Assembly (NCBI RefSeq): GCF_006345805.1
Contig: NC_043011.1
Location: 41,552,464-41,616,463 of the forward strand
Reading direction: 5' to 3'
Origin: Octopus sinensis
Lineage: Eukaryota
DNA: 64,000 nt
Position numbers and translations under genes: made by a program. Each line of letters begins with the position of its first letter. Positions within the stretch are counted from its first letter, which is position 1. Shown piece after piece: positions 13,946 to 25,611 of this stretch. A model generated the notes under the pieces. That model saw nothing but the letters and a program-made list of their open reading frames with translations, searched no databases and was not told the origin of the DNA.

Positions 13946-14594
13946 TATATGCACATGTGTATCTGTGTATATATGTACACACTCACACAATACATACAGG
14001 CATATATATATATATAATGCAATTTGTACTGCATATATATGTGTTATTAACCTGTTTATCTACATATTCAGTCTGACACCCCTCCCCCGCCACCTTCTAT
14101 CCCTCCTCCCTCCCTATCTCCCATTATTTATTTCTACATCTCTCTACATTTGTCTTTCCTTCTCCTCCTCCAGCCCACTCCCTCCTCCCAATGATGCCTG
14201 TGTCTCTTGGGTAAAGAATATTCATGTGAAGAATTCCATTGTGTACCGACCAAAATCGAATTATCTGTTCTTAGGTAGTATTGCTAGCTGGTGGCTTCAT
14301 GTCTGAGATGAAGAAGACTAGCAGACGGACATGCAGACAGACGTTACTTTCTTGTCTGCCCATATATTCAGTTTTCTGTATGTACACACAAACACACACA
14401 CACACACACACACATATTTGCATGTTATTGTTTTATATATATATATAATACATTGTTAAATGTTATATAAATATTGGTTATGCCCCCTTCTTGTGTTTGT
14501 ATATAGGTACACACACACACACACACGTGCATCTGTGTGAAGGTGGTGCTGAAGCATGGCCACAGTCTTGTGGCTAGAATATGGAGAAGAATAA

Positions 14595-14814
14595 GGCGGC
14601 GAGCTGGCAGAAACGTTAGCACGCCGGGCGAAATGCAAAGCCGTATTTCGTCTGCCGTTACGTTCTGAGTTCGAATTCCGCCGAGGTCGACTTTGCCTTT
14701 CATCCTTTCGGGGTCGATAAATTAGGTACCAGTTATGCACTGGGGTCGATGTAATCGACTTAATCCATTTGTTTGTCCCCTCTATGTTTAGCCCCTTGTG
14801 GGCAATAAAGAAAT
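14595..14814 (+). mobile_element. Full-length tRNA-SINE family A with 20-bp TSD
   Basis: Head ggcggcgagctggcagaaacgttagc, B-box-like gagttcgaattcc. Exact TSD tagaatatggagaagaataa at 14575-14594 and 14815-14834. Confidence 0.92.
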
Positions 14815-14924
14815 TAGAATATGGAGAAGAATAATGCTTTTGTGTACTATGTTGGTTATCAGTTATATGAACACACATACTGATGATGGCACCTGTTAAT
14901 GGCTATGTAGACTGAGATGTTTGT

Positions 14925-15070
14925 CATCTGTGATCTGGTGGTACCTATTGACAACTAGATGGACTGAGGTAATATTGGTCTGTCACAGTTGATCTGGTAG
15001 TACCTGTTGATGGGTAATTTTCATTAGTCACAGGTGATCTGGTGTTACCTATTAAGAGCTAGGTGGATTG
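14925..15070. repeat. Degenerate minisatellite (gatctggt.gtacct.tt, 3 units)
   Basis: gatctggtggtacctattg, gatctggtagtacctgttg, gatctggtgttacctatta. Confidence 0.7.
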
Positions 15071-15884
15071 AAATAATTAAGAATAAATTGTTTTGCATAG
15101 GATAAAAAGCAATGAAGCACCAACAGTTGAATTGAACTCAAGGCCTCCGATTAGGCAAACCAATGCCTTATCCATTCAACCATTCATCTTGCCACTGTTT
15201 AGACAGACTGGTATTGGGAGTGAGAGACTAGCATCTCATCCTTGGGGAAATTTGTTTCTCATCCACTTCATGTCTACATACCACAGCTAAATGGAATCTC
15301 TTGAAACATTTTTGAAGTTTAGGGAAGGTTGGCTACATAAGTTTACAAAGCCTCTGCAGAAACAGCAGCCAAATATCACTGAAATTACACTTAGATGGAC
15401 TAGTATAGAGAGAGAGAGAAAGAAAGAGAGAGTAGCATCTTATCCCTGGGGAGATTTGTCTCTCATCTACGTTGTGGCTCAGGTGGATGGGCAATTTGGC
15501 AGTGTGACCAAACATCACTTTGAATGACATGCACTTCATTAAACCATGGACAAGTGTGTGATCAACAAAATACCTGCAATTTATTGATCCTAATTAATGA
15601 GCCTAATCAGTGCAGCATTGAATATCTTGTGATATTTCCTTTGGACATTTAACCATGGGTGATTTGCATAGGCTATACAGTAATCCCTCCACAAAGGGAC
15701 CATAATCATGTCAATACTTTGTTTACGATTTGGCAACCCTGGTCACTGATAATGGCTGTCCATAGGGCCTGGTGGACATAGAACAGGTGGACCTACAACA
15801 GGGCAAAGGAACTGTACAACTGACTTCACACTCTTGTCAAACATGGCTGTGGTACCAGACCATTTAGAGAAATATTTCTTTATT

Positions 15885-16110
15885 GCCGATGAAGGTGGAG
15901 TGGGGGCTAAACAGAGGGGACAAACAAGGACAGACAAAGGGATTAAGCTGATTAGATCGACCCTAGTGTATAACGTACTTATTTAATCAACCCATAAAGG
16001 ACAAAAGACGAAGTCGACCCCAACGGAATTTGAACTCAAAACGTAGTGATGGATGATATACCGCTAAGTAATTTGCCCAGCATGCTAACGATTCTGCCAG
16101 CTTGCTACCT
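15885..16110 (-). mobile_element. tRNA-SINE family A
   Basis: Reverse complement of the 14595-14814 consensus. Confidence 0.85.
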
Positions 16111-16522
16111 TCATTTAGAGAAATATTGTGATGATGATGATAGCCTCGTCAGCTCCTGTAGTTCCTTGAAGAGGTCCCTTAATGTCAACCCGAAACTGAT
16201 TCCAGAAGTTGGCAGGTTAAGGTATTGGATTCAGTGTTGGAGATTCCTTACTGGTTTTGGGATTATTGGCTAATCTCTTAAGACCTCATCATCACTGTTT
16301 AGTATCTATGTTTCATGCTACTGGCTGGCATGGATGGACTGGACCATTTGACAGTTAGCTGGTGAGCCAGGAGACTTCACCAAGCTCCAATGACTGCTTT
16401 AACATAGTTTCTATAACAGGAAGCTCTTCCTAATGCTAATCACTTTACAGAGGATATTGAGTGCTTTCTACATGGCACCAGCAGCGAGGTCACCAAATGA
16501 TTTACAATTGAAATGGGTCCGG

Positions 16523-16609
16523 TTCTATATTTAAGAGATGAGGAATTATGTACATTATTTACGTTTGACAGATATTTGTCCTCATCTTAACCACTATGCC
16601 ATATGCCCA
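16523..16609 (-). mobile_element. Inverted, internally deleted copy of the same element (head fused to tail)
   Basis: On the - strand it reads tgggcatatggcatagtggtt-AAG-atgaggacaaatatctgtcaaacgtaaataatgtacataattcctcatctc. The junction lies at an AAG microhomology. Confidence 0.8.
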
Positions 16610-16853
16610 TGGGCATATGGCATAGTGGTTAAGAGCGTTAGCTACTAACCCCAAGATTCTGAGCTCGATTCCAGGCAGTGACCTGAATAATAATAATTAT
16701 AATAACAATAATCTCGAAAAATACCTTAGGAATGAGAACCCAGGTTTGAAATTTCCTCAAGACACCTGATGATGGCTGGAAGGTATATCAGCCGAAATGT
16801 TGTGTTAACGACAAACAAGATGAGGACAAATATCCGTTAAATGTAAATAATGT
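16610..16853 (+). mobile_element. Chimeric SINE-like element: tRNA-like head, (AAT)n spacer, and Penelope-like tail carrying a hammerhead motif
   Basis: A-box-like tggcatagtgg, B-box-like gctcgattcc, then ...gacacCTGATGAtggctg..cagccGAAAtgttgtgtt...aagatgaggacaaatatcc. Confidence 0.7.
16761..16806 (+). ncRNA. Minimal type I hammerhead ribozyme motif (Penelope-type)
   Basis: Helix I GACAC/GUGUU; core CUGAUGA (16766-16772); one extra U; helix II GGCUG/CAGCC; GAAA (16794-16797); loop-less helix III A-U-G-U; cleavage triplet GUU. Confidence 0.7.
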
Positions 16854-17119
16854 TAATAATTGATGTGGGGTTTTATATTTATGAAGGTGGTTTTTTGTCA
16901 GATAATAAGTTTAAAAGGATGATAGAGAGGCAGTGACAGGTGTTTTGCTTAGAGGAAGGCATATGTGTCTCCTGGTTGGTAAAGGCAGAAGATGAGGATG
17001 AAGATGTGCCACGGTGTACCTCCCCATACTCTTGTACATTGTTCTTTTGTGTGAAGACCCATGGCTCAGTGGTAAGGGTATTCAGAGCTGTCCAGACTCC
17101 AATTGTTGTGGCATGGGCT

Positions 17120-17265
17120 TTTTACAGTTTCCATTTACGAAATCTACTCACAAGGCTTTGGTCAGCCTGGGGTTTTATTGAAGACACTTGCCCAAGGTGC
17201 CATGCAGTGGGACTGAACCCAAGACCATATGTTTGGGAAGCAAGCTTCTTAACCACACAGCCATG
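17120..17265 (-). mobile_element. tRNA-SINE family B (CORE-like), 5' part
   Basis: Reverse complement of ggctgtgtggttaagaagcttgc...ggttcagtcccactg..accttgggcaagtgtcttc. Confidence 0.8.
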
Positions 17266-17334
17266 TCTTTACCCTTAAGGCCCATGAGATCATGTGTTCA
17301 TGTGTGTGTGTATGTATATGTGTGTACATATGTA

Positions 17335-18045
17335 AAAGCACCAAGCACATCCTGCAAAGTGGTTGGCGTTAGGAAAGGCATCCAGCCATAGAAACCATGC
17401 CACAACAATATGGAGTGTGGACAGCTCCTGTCAAACCATCCAATCCAATCCAATCCATGCCAGCATGGAAAACGGATGTTAAACAATGATCACACTCACA
17501 CAGTGTTCTTGCTTTTGTCAGTCATTGTACCTGAAGCTTTGGACAGGTGTTGTTCAGTGTTTCTTTGACTGTATATCTTTATTCAGTTCAATACTTTTAT
17601 TAAATTATTCCCAGAAACATCCATTAAAGATGTTAACCTGTGTAATTAGATATCAAACTTCTACAGCAGCACTTGACAAAAATATCCTCAGTCATCATCA
17701 TCATCATCATCATCATCGTTTTACATCTGCTTTCCATGCTAGCATGGGTTGGACGTGTGACTGAGGTCTGGCGAACCAGATGGCTGCATCAGGCTTCAAT
17801 CTTGATCTGGCAGAGTTTCTACAGCTGGATGCCCTTCCTAACACCAACCACTCTGAGAGTGTAGTGGGTGCTTTTACGTGCCAGTCAGGCGGCACTGGCA
17901 ACGCCCTCACTTGAATCTTTTACACATGCCACCGGCACGGGTGCCAGTAAGGCGATGCTGGTAACGATCACGCTTGAATGGTGTTTTTTACGTGCCACCG
18001 GCACGGAGGCCAGATAGCCGCTCTGGCAACGATCACGCTCGGATG
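17335..18045. mobile_element. Two family-D (RTE-type) 3' ends: + at 17335-17485 and - at 17695-18045
   Basis: ggttggcgttaggaaaggcatccagcc on +. (CAT)n followed by gatgcccttcctaacaccaacc on -. Confidence 0.8.
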
Positions 18046-19265
18046 GTAATTGGATCCTGCTAAGTATGCGAATTTTATAGTCTCGGTTCCATTGGACAGC
18101 CAAGCCATTTCATCGACAGTAGAACCATCTTCTCCAGAGAGATTCCGACCAAAACGTCTGTGTCCAATATTGATGTTCTATCATGAGAATACCACTAATC
18201 CAGGAATGTATTTCGGCAGATATAAAACCTGTGAAATATTTCTGATTTTACTACAAAGACATAAAGAACAAAAGTAAGGACCAGTTGATTACTGGGATCA
18301 ATGTGCCATCAACTTACCCCCCACCCCCACCCTTCACGAAATTGCTGGCAGCCTTGTGTCAGAATTTGAAATCAATATTTATAAGAGGTGGAGGCACATG
18401 GCTTAGTGGTTATGGTGTTGCCCTCTTGGTCCTAACATTGTGGTTTCGATTCCTGGACCAGGCGATGTGTGTTGTGTTCTTGAGCAAATCACTTCATTTC
18501 ACACTGCCTGAGTGCACTCAGTGAGCAAAACTGAGTAACATGAAGTCATGACAGGCTTGGTAAGATGATGAAGGATGGTGGACCTGCTAAAAAAAACCCC
18601 CCCAAAAACCAAAAAAAACAAGGGAACTTCAGGACAGATGAGCCAGAGACATACCTAGTGTAGGGGATTACCTTTAATACCTATAAGATGCTGAGCCTCA
18701 AAGTTCTGAGATGATTGGTGGTTCACTGTGCTTGAAAAGATCTGTCCATCACAGAAAAAATGAGGCCCTAAAAACACATTATTTATGTTTTATGTCTATA
18801 CCCCTGCACACAATCTGTCTCTAACCAATCTCTTCCCCCAGCAACTTATCTTTATACCCCACCACACACACACAAGCTCTTTCTTACACCCACCCTCCGC
18901 CCACTGCATTCCCCTCCATCATCATCTTTATCCATCTGCCACTCCCTTTTCACACTCTCACAAATTTAACTACTCCTCTTGTCCCCTTGCATCAAACTAC
19001 CTCCCTCGAAATGTTACCCTTCTCAGTTGAAAGGTCTTGTCTTGCAAGTTACTTGGTGGCCTTACTGGTGCTGGTACCATTAAAAAAAAAACAACAAGAG
19101 CACCCAGTACACTCTGTAAAGTGGTTAGGGTTTGTACTGAGAAAGGCATTTAATTGAAGAAACCATGTGAAAGCAGTCATTAGAGTCTAGTGCAGTCCTT
19201 GGGTTCATCAGCTGCTGCTGAACGTCCCAACCCATGCCAGAATGGGAAATGCACATTAGATAGTT

Positions 19266-19296
<31 letters not shown>

Positions 19297-19496
19297 TGAG
19301 AATACTAAAAATGAACCCAGCTGCTCTAAAAAATTAAGTAAAAAAACAGGAAAACTTATCCAGAATCCTTGTCCATTACTGGATCGACCCCAAAATCTAA
19401 TGAGTTCGTGCCAGCCACAAGGCTAAACATCCCGAAAGTTTCATCTGAATCCATCCAGCGGTTCTTGAGATATCTTATCTATGGACAAACACACAT

Positions 19497-19528
<32 letters not shown>

Positions 19529-19589
19529 GTGGAAACAATACCTCCACCTTCAGTAAGGTGGAGGTAATAATAATCTTTTCAACTGGAAG

Positions 19590-20345
19590 CACAAGGCCTC
19601 AAATTTGAGATAAGGGATTAAGTCAATTACAATGACCCCCAGTGTGTAATTGCTACTTATTTAATCAACCCCAAAAGGATGAAAGGCAAAATCAACCCCA
19701 GCGGAATTTGAACTCAGAACGTAGCAGCAGACGAAATACTGCTAAGCATTTCACCTGGCATGCTAACAATTCTGCCTGCTCACTACCTTAATAATTATGA
19801 TAATAATGATGATAATAAAGATGATGATCTGAAATGCCTTGCTGGGATAAAATTGTTTCCAGAGTTTGTGAAATGTTCATATTCATTATGCAAATCAATT
19901 TGAAGGTTGACCTAATTTATTTCCTTCTGGTTCATTCTGCAATGACCCTACCCCACCCACAGGACCTGAATTCACTTGTTTTGGCCCTGGTGGGGGTAAT
20001 ACTACCCCACACCTCATTCCCAGGGTCAATCTTTTAAACCTGTAAAATATGCTTTTCTAAAATGTGTTGTATTTCTATTCTGTAGGAAAGAAACTTGCTT
20101 AAGGGATGGCAAATCCAGCCCCCAATTTTTTTAAAAACATGGTTGATATTTTTTTTTCCATTTTGATATCAAATCAAGCACAAGTATAATAATGGTTTCA
20201 AATTTTGGCACAAGGCCAGCAATTTTGGGGAGGGGCTAAGCCCATTACATCGACTCTCTATGCTCAACTGGTACTAATTTTATTGACCTTGAATGGATGA
20301 TAGGCAAAATTGACCTTGGCAGTGTTTGAACTCAGAACATAAAGG
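19590..20345 (-). mobile_element. Two family-A SINEs (about 19590-19790 and 20195-20345)
   Basis: ggatgaaaggcaaaatcaacc..gaatttgaactcagaac..ctgcc motifs. Confidence 0.8.
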
Positions 20346-20606
20346 CAAATTGACTAATAATAATAAAGGAAGTGAAATAGAACCAGTGCATGTGTTTATT
20401 GGCATAGTGACCCACCCCAAGATGCAACAAAATATGTTTTAGCACATGAGTTCACATAAAAAATCTTACAAACCAAATACAAAAACTTTTATTTGTTTCT
20501 TTTACTTTTTATTTATTTATATAGTTTAATTTTATTTTTATTTATTTTTACTTCAGACTTATTTTCCTTGTTTTGTTTTCCTTTTTCAAGAATTGGCTGA
20601 TAATTT

Positions 20607-20731
20607 TTATCTCTCATTCTTCTTGCTGCTTCTGTTGTCTGCGAGAATGGTTAAAGTCTTGTTCTGTTCTTGATATGACGACAACTTGCCATTGTCAAAG
20701 GTTATCACTTGAAACGGTGCTGAATTGACAT
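20607..20731 (-). CDS. Candidate terminal coding exon (DVNSAPFQVITFDNGKLSSYQEQNKTLTILADNRSSKKNER*)
   Basis: Long pyrimidine tract and ttcttcaaaattctttag| acceptor. Only the phase-1 frame stays open (41 aa) to TAA. AATAAA motifs follow on the - strand. No homology recognised. Confidence 0.4.
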
Positions 20732-20829
20732 CTAAAGAATTTTGAAGAATGAACAGCAAAAAATAAATAAATAAATAAATAAAATCTTTTGAGATGATAG
20801 AAATTGTGACGTAAAAGGTTAGAAAAATG

Positions 20830-21300
20830 GTAATGGGATGGTGGTGGGTGGTGTGGGCAGGTGTGATGGTGATAGGTGTATGCATGGTGATGGTGGTGGT
20901 GGTGGTTGGTGACTGGTGTGTTTGTCAGTGTGTATATTGATGATGGCAGTGGTGGTGGCGGCAATGGCGTTGAAGTTGTTATTGGTTGTACTGTTGTTGA
21001 TGATGATGATGTTGGTGGTTGTTGTGGTGGTGACTGTTTGTAGGTGTGTATAGTGTTGTTGTCGTGATGGTATTGCTGGTGACCTGTTGAGGCTGGTATA
21101 TATGCTGCTGCTGTTGTGATGGTCATGGTAATTAATGTTGGTAGCCATAGAGTGTTTTGTATGTTGTTCATGGTGGTGATGATGATGATGTGTTTTGGTG
21201 GTGTTAGTGGTGACCAGTGTGTATGTGAGGGTGGTGGTGGTGGTAATGTTTGTTTTCATTGGTGGTGGTCATAATAGAGATTTTGTGGTGGTGGTGGTGG
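20830..21300. repeat. Degenerate (GGT/GAT/GTT)n trinucleotide field
   Basis: Visible trinucleotide mosaics. Confidence 0.9.
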
Positions 21301-21344
21301 TGCTAAGCCTTTGGCATTCAGATTACTTTGTCAATACCAAGACA

Positions 21345-21915
21345 GTGACTAGTGACCGAGACATTTGGAAATAGGCTGTGCTTGAGAAGACCCGACAAGC
21401 CAAGTGAGACCATAACCGTGGCCTATGTCAGCAGGTGTAACTAGTCCACTTATGAGTACCCCTCATTCATTGGACAATAAACTTTGCTTGTGAAGAGGCA
21501 AGTGAAATCAAAATCAAAATTGCTGACGTGGCCAATGACAGTGCCGCCTGACTGGCACGAGTGCCAGTGGAACGTTAGAAGCACCATCCAAGCATGATCG
21601 TTGCCAGCGTCACCTTACTGGCACATGTACCGGTGGCACATGACAAACAACATTCAAGCATGGTTGTTGCAGTGCCGCCAGACTGGCTCCCGTGCAGGTA
21701 GCACGTAAAAGACACTTTTTGAGCTGGCCCTCGTGCCAGTGGTACGTAAAAACACCTACTACACTCTCGGAGTGGTTGGCATTAGGAAGGGCTTCCAGCT
21801 GTAGAAACCTTGCCCGATCAGATTGGAGCCTGGTGCAGCCTTCTAGCTCACCAGTCCTCAGTCAAACCATCCAACCCATGCCAGTATGGAAAGTGGACAT
21901 TAAACGACAATGATA
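21345..21915 (+). mobile_element. 5'-truncated RTE-clade LINE: ORF end, 3' UTR with internal ~63-bp repeats, and (GAT)n tail
   Basis: 21345-21407 translates VTSDRDIWK*AVLEKTRQAK*, the DRxxWR-type C-terminus typical of RTE ORFs. It is followed by repeated units and the family-D end. Confidence 0.7.
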
Positions 21916-21924
21916 ATGATGAAC

Positions 21925-22480
21925 CAGCACTCCATCGATGAAAACAAGCGTTCCAGTTAGTCTGATCAATGGAACAGCCTACTTGTGAAATTAATGTGCA
22001 AGTGGCTGAGTGCTCAACAGACATGTACCTATTTCTTTATTACCCACTAGGGGCTAAACAGAGTGGACAAACAAGGACAGACATAGGTATTAAATTGATT
22101 ACATCGACCCCAGTGCGTAACTGGTACTTATTTAATCGACCCTGAAATGATAAAAGCAAAGTCGACCTCGGCAGAATTTGAACTCAGAACGTAGCAGCAG
22201 ATGAAATATTGCTAAGCATTTCGCCCGGTGTGCTAACGATTCTGCCAGCTCGCCACAGACACATGTACACTTAATGTAGTTCTCAGGGAGATTCAGCATG
22301 GCACAGCCTGTGACAAGGCTGACACCCCCGCCACCTTGAATTACAGGTACAAATCATGTTTTGCCAGCTGAGTGGACTGGAGAAATGTGAAGTAAAGTGT
22401 CTTGCTCAAGGAGACAGTGCTCTGTTGGGACTGAAATTCATGACTTTATGATGTTGAGCTGAATGCCCTAAACACGTGCC
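21925..22480 (-). mobile_element. tRNA-SINE family C, interrupted by a family-A SINE (about 22030-22256)
   Basis: gatcaatggaacagcc..gtgcaagtggctgag..cagctgagtggactggag..aaagtgtcttgctcaagga on both sides of a family-A copy. Confidence 0.8.
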
Positions 22481-22584
22481 TTCACTTTGTCAAATATATT
22501 ATCATCGTCATCACCACATCATCGTCATCACCATCATCATCATCACCACCATTGTCATCTCCATCATCATCATCAATATCCTTT

Positions 22585-23100
22585 TCTACTCTAGGCACAA
22601 GGCCCGAAATTTTTGGGGAGTAGGCTAGTCGATTAGATCAACCCCAGTACACAACTGGTACTTAGTTTATTGACGCTGAAAGGATGAAAGGCAAAGTTGA
22701 CTTTGGCAGAAGAACTCAGAACATAAAGAGAGACGAAATACTGCTAAGCATTTTGCCCGGTGTGTTAACATTTCTGCCAGCTTGCCACCATCATCATCAA
22801 TATCATCATCATCACCATCATTGTCATCATCATTTAATGTCTGCTTTCCATGCTGGCATGGGTTGGACAGTTCGACAGGGGCTGGCAAGGCTGGAGAGCT
22901 GCACCAGGTTTCATTATCTGTTTTGGTATGGTTTCTACAGCTTGATGCCCTTCCTTATGCTAACTGCTTTCCAGATTGTCTGCTGGGCACTTATGTGGCA
23001 CAGCACCAGTGCTTTTTTATGTGGCACCAACACCAACAGGATCACCAAGTACCTTGCAGGACAAAACCCCCTCACCTGGGAGAGGGCAGAGTAGTATTGG
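22585..23100 (-). mobile_element. Family-A SINE (22585-22790) and family-D 3' end (22810-23100)
   Basis: Consensus motifs as in other copies. Confidence 0.75.
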
Positions 23101-23573
23101 GTGGGTGTGGCTTTCTGCCAGTTGATAGATTCAAGGTGGAGAAAAGACAGGTAAAGGTGTCTTGTTGTAGAAAACTACGTGGATACCCCATTTGGGAAAC
23201 AAAAGAGAGTGAGTTGCATTTTTTCATTGCTTTGCGATTTTGATGATGTAGTTATGTATTTTTAGAATGGCATTGTAGGGTAAGCATGAGATGCCAGAAC
23301 TGGCTTGTTTGAACATAAAACGGGCAGAATATTGGAGCTGGATACAGTCAGTTTGAATGCTAAAGGGTTCAATGAGGACTAGTCCTGATCAGTGTGTGTG
23401 TGTGTTGTTGGTTGTAGCAGTGGATGCTTGTATTGCCTAGCGGTGACGGTAATGCTGGTGTGTGCTGTAGTTGGTGTTCTTGTTGTAGTGATGGTAGTAG
23501 TGTTGGTGTATGTGTTGTGGTGGTGATAGTGGTGTTATTACTTGTGTTAGTGTTGGTAGTAGTAGTAGCAGTG

Positions 23574-23794
23574 TACGAGAGTGGGGTTGAAAGTTCCTGG
23601 CTTTAAGGGTACCACCAAAGGCCTAATTGGAGGCAAAACCTTCCCAGTTCTTTTGCAGGATTTAGAAAAACTGAAGGACCACTGCAATAAGTATGTGAAT
23701 CTGAGAGGGGGAATATGTTGCATTAAACCATAATTTACTGATCCTCCTCTATTTTCTTTTACCTAAAACCAGGGACTTTTTAGCAGCCCCTTGT
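23574..23794 (+). mobile_element. Non-autonomous mariner-like element (MITE)
   Basis: Ends tacgagagtggggttgaaagttcctggc / accagggactttttagcagccccttgta with TA flanks. Internal gaatatgttg resembles a mariner ORF end. A reverse-oriented relative lies at 33313-33537. Confidence 0.7.
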
Positions 23795-23949
23795 AGAAGT
23801 ATTAAGGGTGTTAGTTTTAATATTGGTGGTCTGAGTGTCTCCATAGTCTTGTGGGTAAAGACATGGGGAGATATCAGCATTGAACATCCTGGGACAGGGT
23901 TCATTTCTGCATTAAAGCCCCCCGCCCCCACTAAAATTCATTAAAAGGG

Positions 23950-24165
23950 GCAGCAAGGTGGCAGAATTCTTGGCAATACAGGGTAAAATGCTTTGCGGAA
24001 TTTTGTCCATCTTTACATTCTGAGTTCAAATTCCACCATGGTCGATTTTGCTTTTCATTCTTTCAGGGTCGATAAAATAAGTACCAGTTGTGTACTGGGT
24101 TTTATATAATCAACTTACTCCTTTACCTAAACTTGCTGTTCTTGTGCCAAAATTTGAAACTAATA
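23950..24165 (+). mobile_element. tRNA-SINE family A
   Basis: gcaaggtggcagaa...tctgagttcaaattcc...gtgccaaaatttgaaac. Confidence 0.8.
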
Positions 24166-24640
24166 TTGGTCATGTTGTTGTTTAACCCCAGGTCAACATC
24201 AATGAAACTGATGGATGATCAAAGACAATCCGATCATGACTATCCCGTTTTTAAATGTATTAACTGATGCAATCTTTCCTTACCTAAGCTTGTAGGGTGT
24301 GGAATATCTGACTGCTCTTTCTAGCATGTGTAGTGACTGCATTCTCTCATGAGACTGCTGTTTGTGTTGTTAAGATTTTGTCAGCATTTTTCTTCTTGTA
24401 AGTGTTGTTATTGTTGGTTATGATGTTGTTTTTGTTGTTGTTGTTGGTGGTGGTGGTGTTAGAAATGATGAGAGTTAAAAATAAAATTATAAAAACTGAG
24501 GCAGCAGAAAAAAAAAAGCAAAATAAAGAATAACTTCATATACAAAAAGCCCCACTTAAGGAATGACTTTGTGTGAATATGTATATGTATGTATGTGTAT
24601 ATATGTATATATTGTGCATGTATATGTGTTTTATTTTTAC

Positions 24641-24735
24641 CATGTTTCTCGAAGAACTTCTGTCCATGACAGAATCTCGGAGAAATCTTGGAGAACTTGT
24701 CTGGAATCTGTCTTTTCAATGGTGCTGACAATGCT
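24641..24735 (-). CDS. Candidate 95-nt internal coding exon
   Basis: Acceptor gatctattctgatcttaacag|, donor CATG|gtaaaa. Two frames are open: x-ALSAPLKRQIPDKFSKISPRFCHGQKFFEKH-x (phase 2 to 1, fits the 20731 exon) and SIVSTIEKTDSRQVLQDFSEILSWTEVLRET-x. Confidence 0.4.
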
Positions 24736-25121
24736 CTGTTAAGATCAGAATAGATCTTAAGACATGTCACTTCATTTTCTATTTTCTGATGTCTTCATCA
24801 AATTTAGATTTCCCACCATTTATATAAGTATATGCTTATACGGGGCTGATGGTTAAGAAATTTGCATCACACCTATGAGGTCCTTGGTTCAATTGAAGCA
24901 CATGGTAGTTTGGGAAATATCATTTTTTTTATAACCTTGAGGCAACCCATACTTTGAAAACAAATTGGGTAAATGGAAACTATGTGGAAGCCCAACAGAT
25001 AGATTGTATATCATCATCATTTAACACTTTTCCTACCATTTGTTTATTCTGTACTGCACAAGTAACTGGTGATACCGATGCTATGAATTAAGTGGTGTTA
25101 AAATGCATAAGTTAGACCACT

Positions 25122-25352
25122 AAAATTAGACTGGTAGGGCGAAATTAGACTGCTAGTGTGAAATTAGACTGTTATGGCGAAATTAGACTGTTATGGCGAA
25201 ATTAGACTGTTATGGCGAAATTAGACTGTTATGGTGAAATTAGACTATTATGGTGAAATTAGACTATTATGGCGAAATTAGACTGCTAGGGCGAAATTAG
25301 ACCGTTAGGGCGAAATTAGACTGTTAGGGCAAAATTAGACTGCTAGGGCGAA
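25122..25352. repeat. 19-bp minisatellite (GCGAAATTAGACTGTTATG), about 12 copies
   Basis: Directly visible tandem array with low divergence. Confidence 0.95.
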
Positions 25353-25611
25353 AGAAAATATGGTGCAGAGTAGGCTTGGTAGGTGGCGTCTTTGTCCTTG
25401 CTCCATGCTCACATGAGTTGAATGGTTTGCCAGGGTGTGACTGGTATGATGGTTGCCTCATCCTCCATTTGCCTGCTGTGGCATGGTTTATATGGTTGGA
25501 TACCCTTCCGAATGCCAACCACTTTACAGATTATACCAGTGAGGTCTCGATGCAGCTTGCAACACTACAAACACCAAGAGAGGGGACTTTCTGCTTGAAG
25601 ATGTGTGGCTA

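Noticed and set aside
18050-18277. 75-codon + strand frame with possible AG/GT borders (18080-18273)
   Set aside because: Several frames on both strands look equally plausible, it abuts a LINE end, and no motif was recognised. Insufficient support.
25122-25352. CRISPR-like regular array
   Set aside because: Units are contiguous with no unique spacers, the context is eukaryotic, and there are no cas genes.
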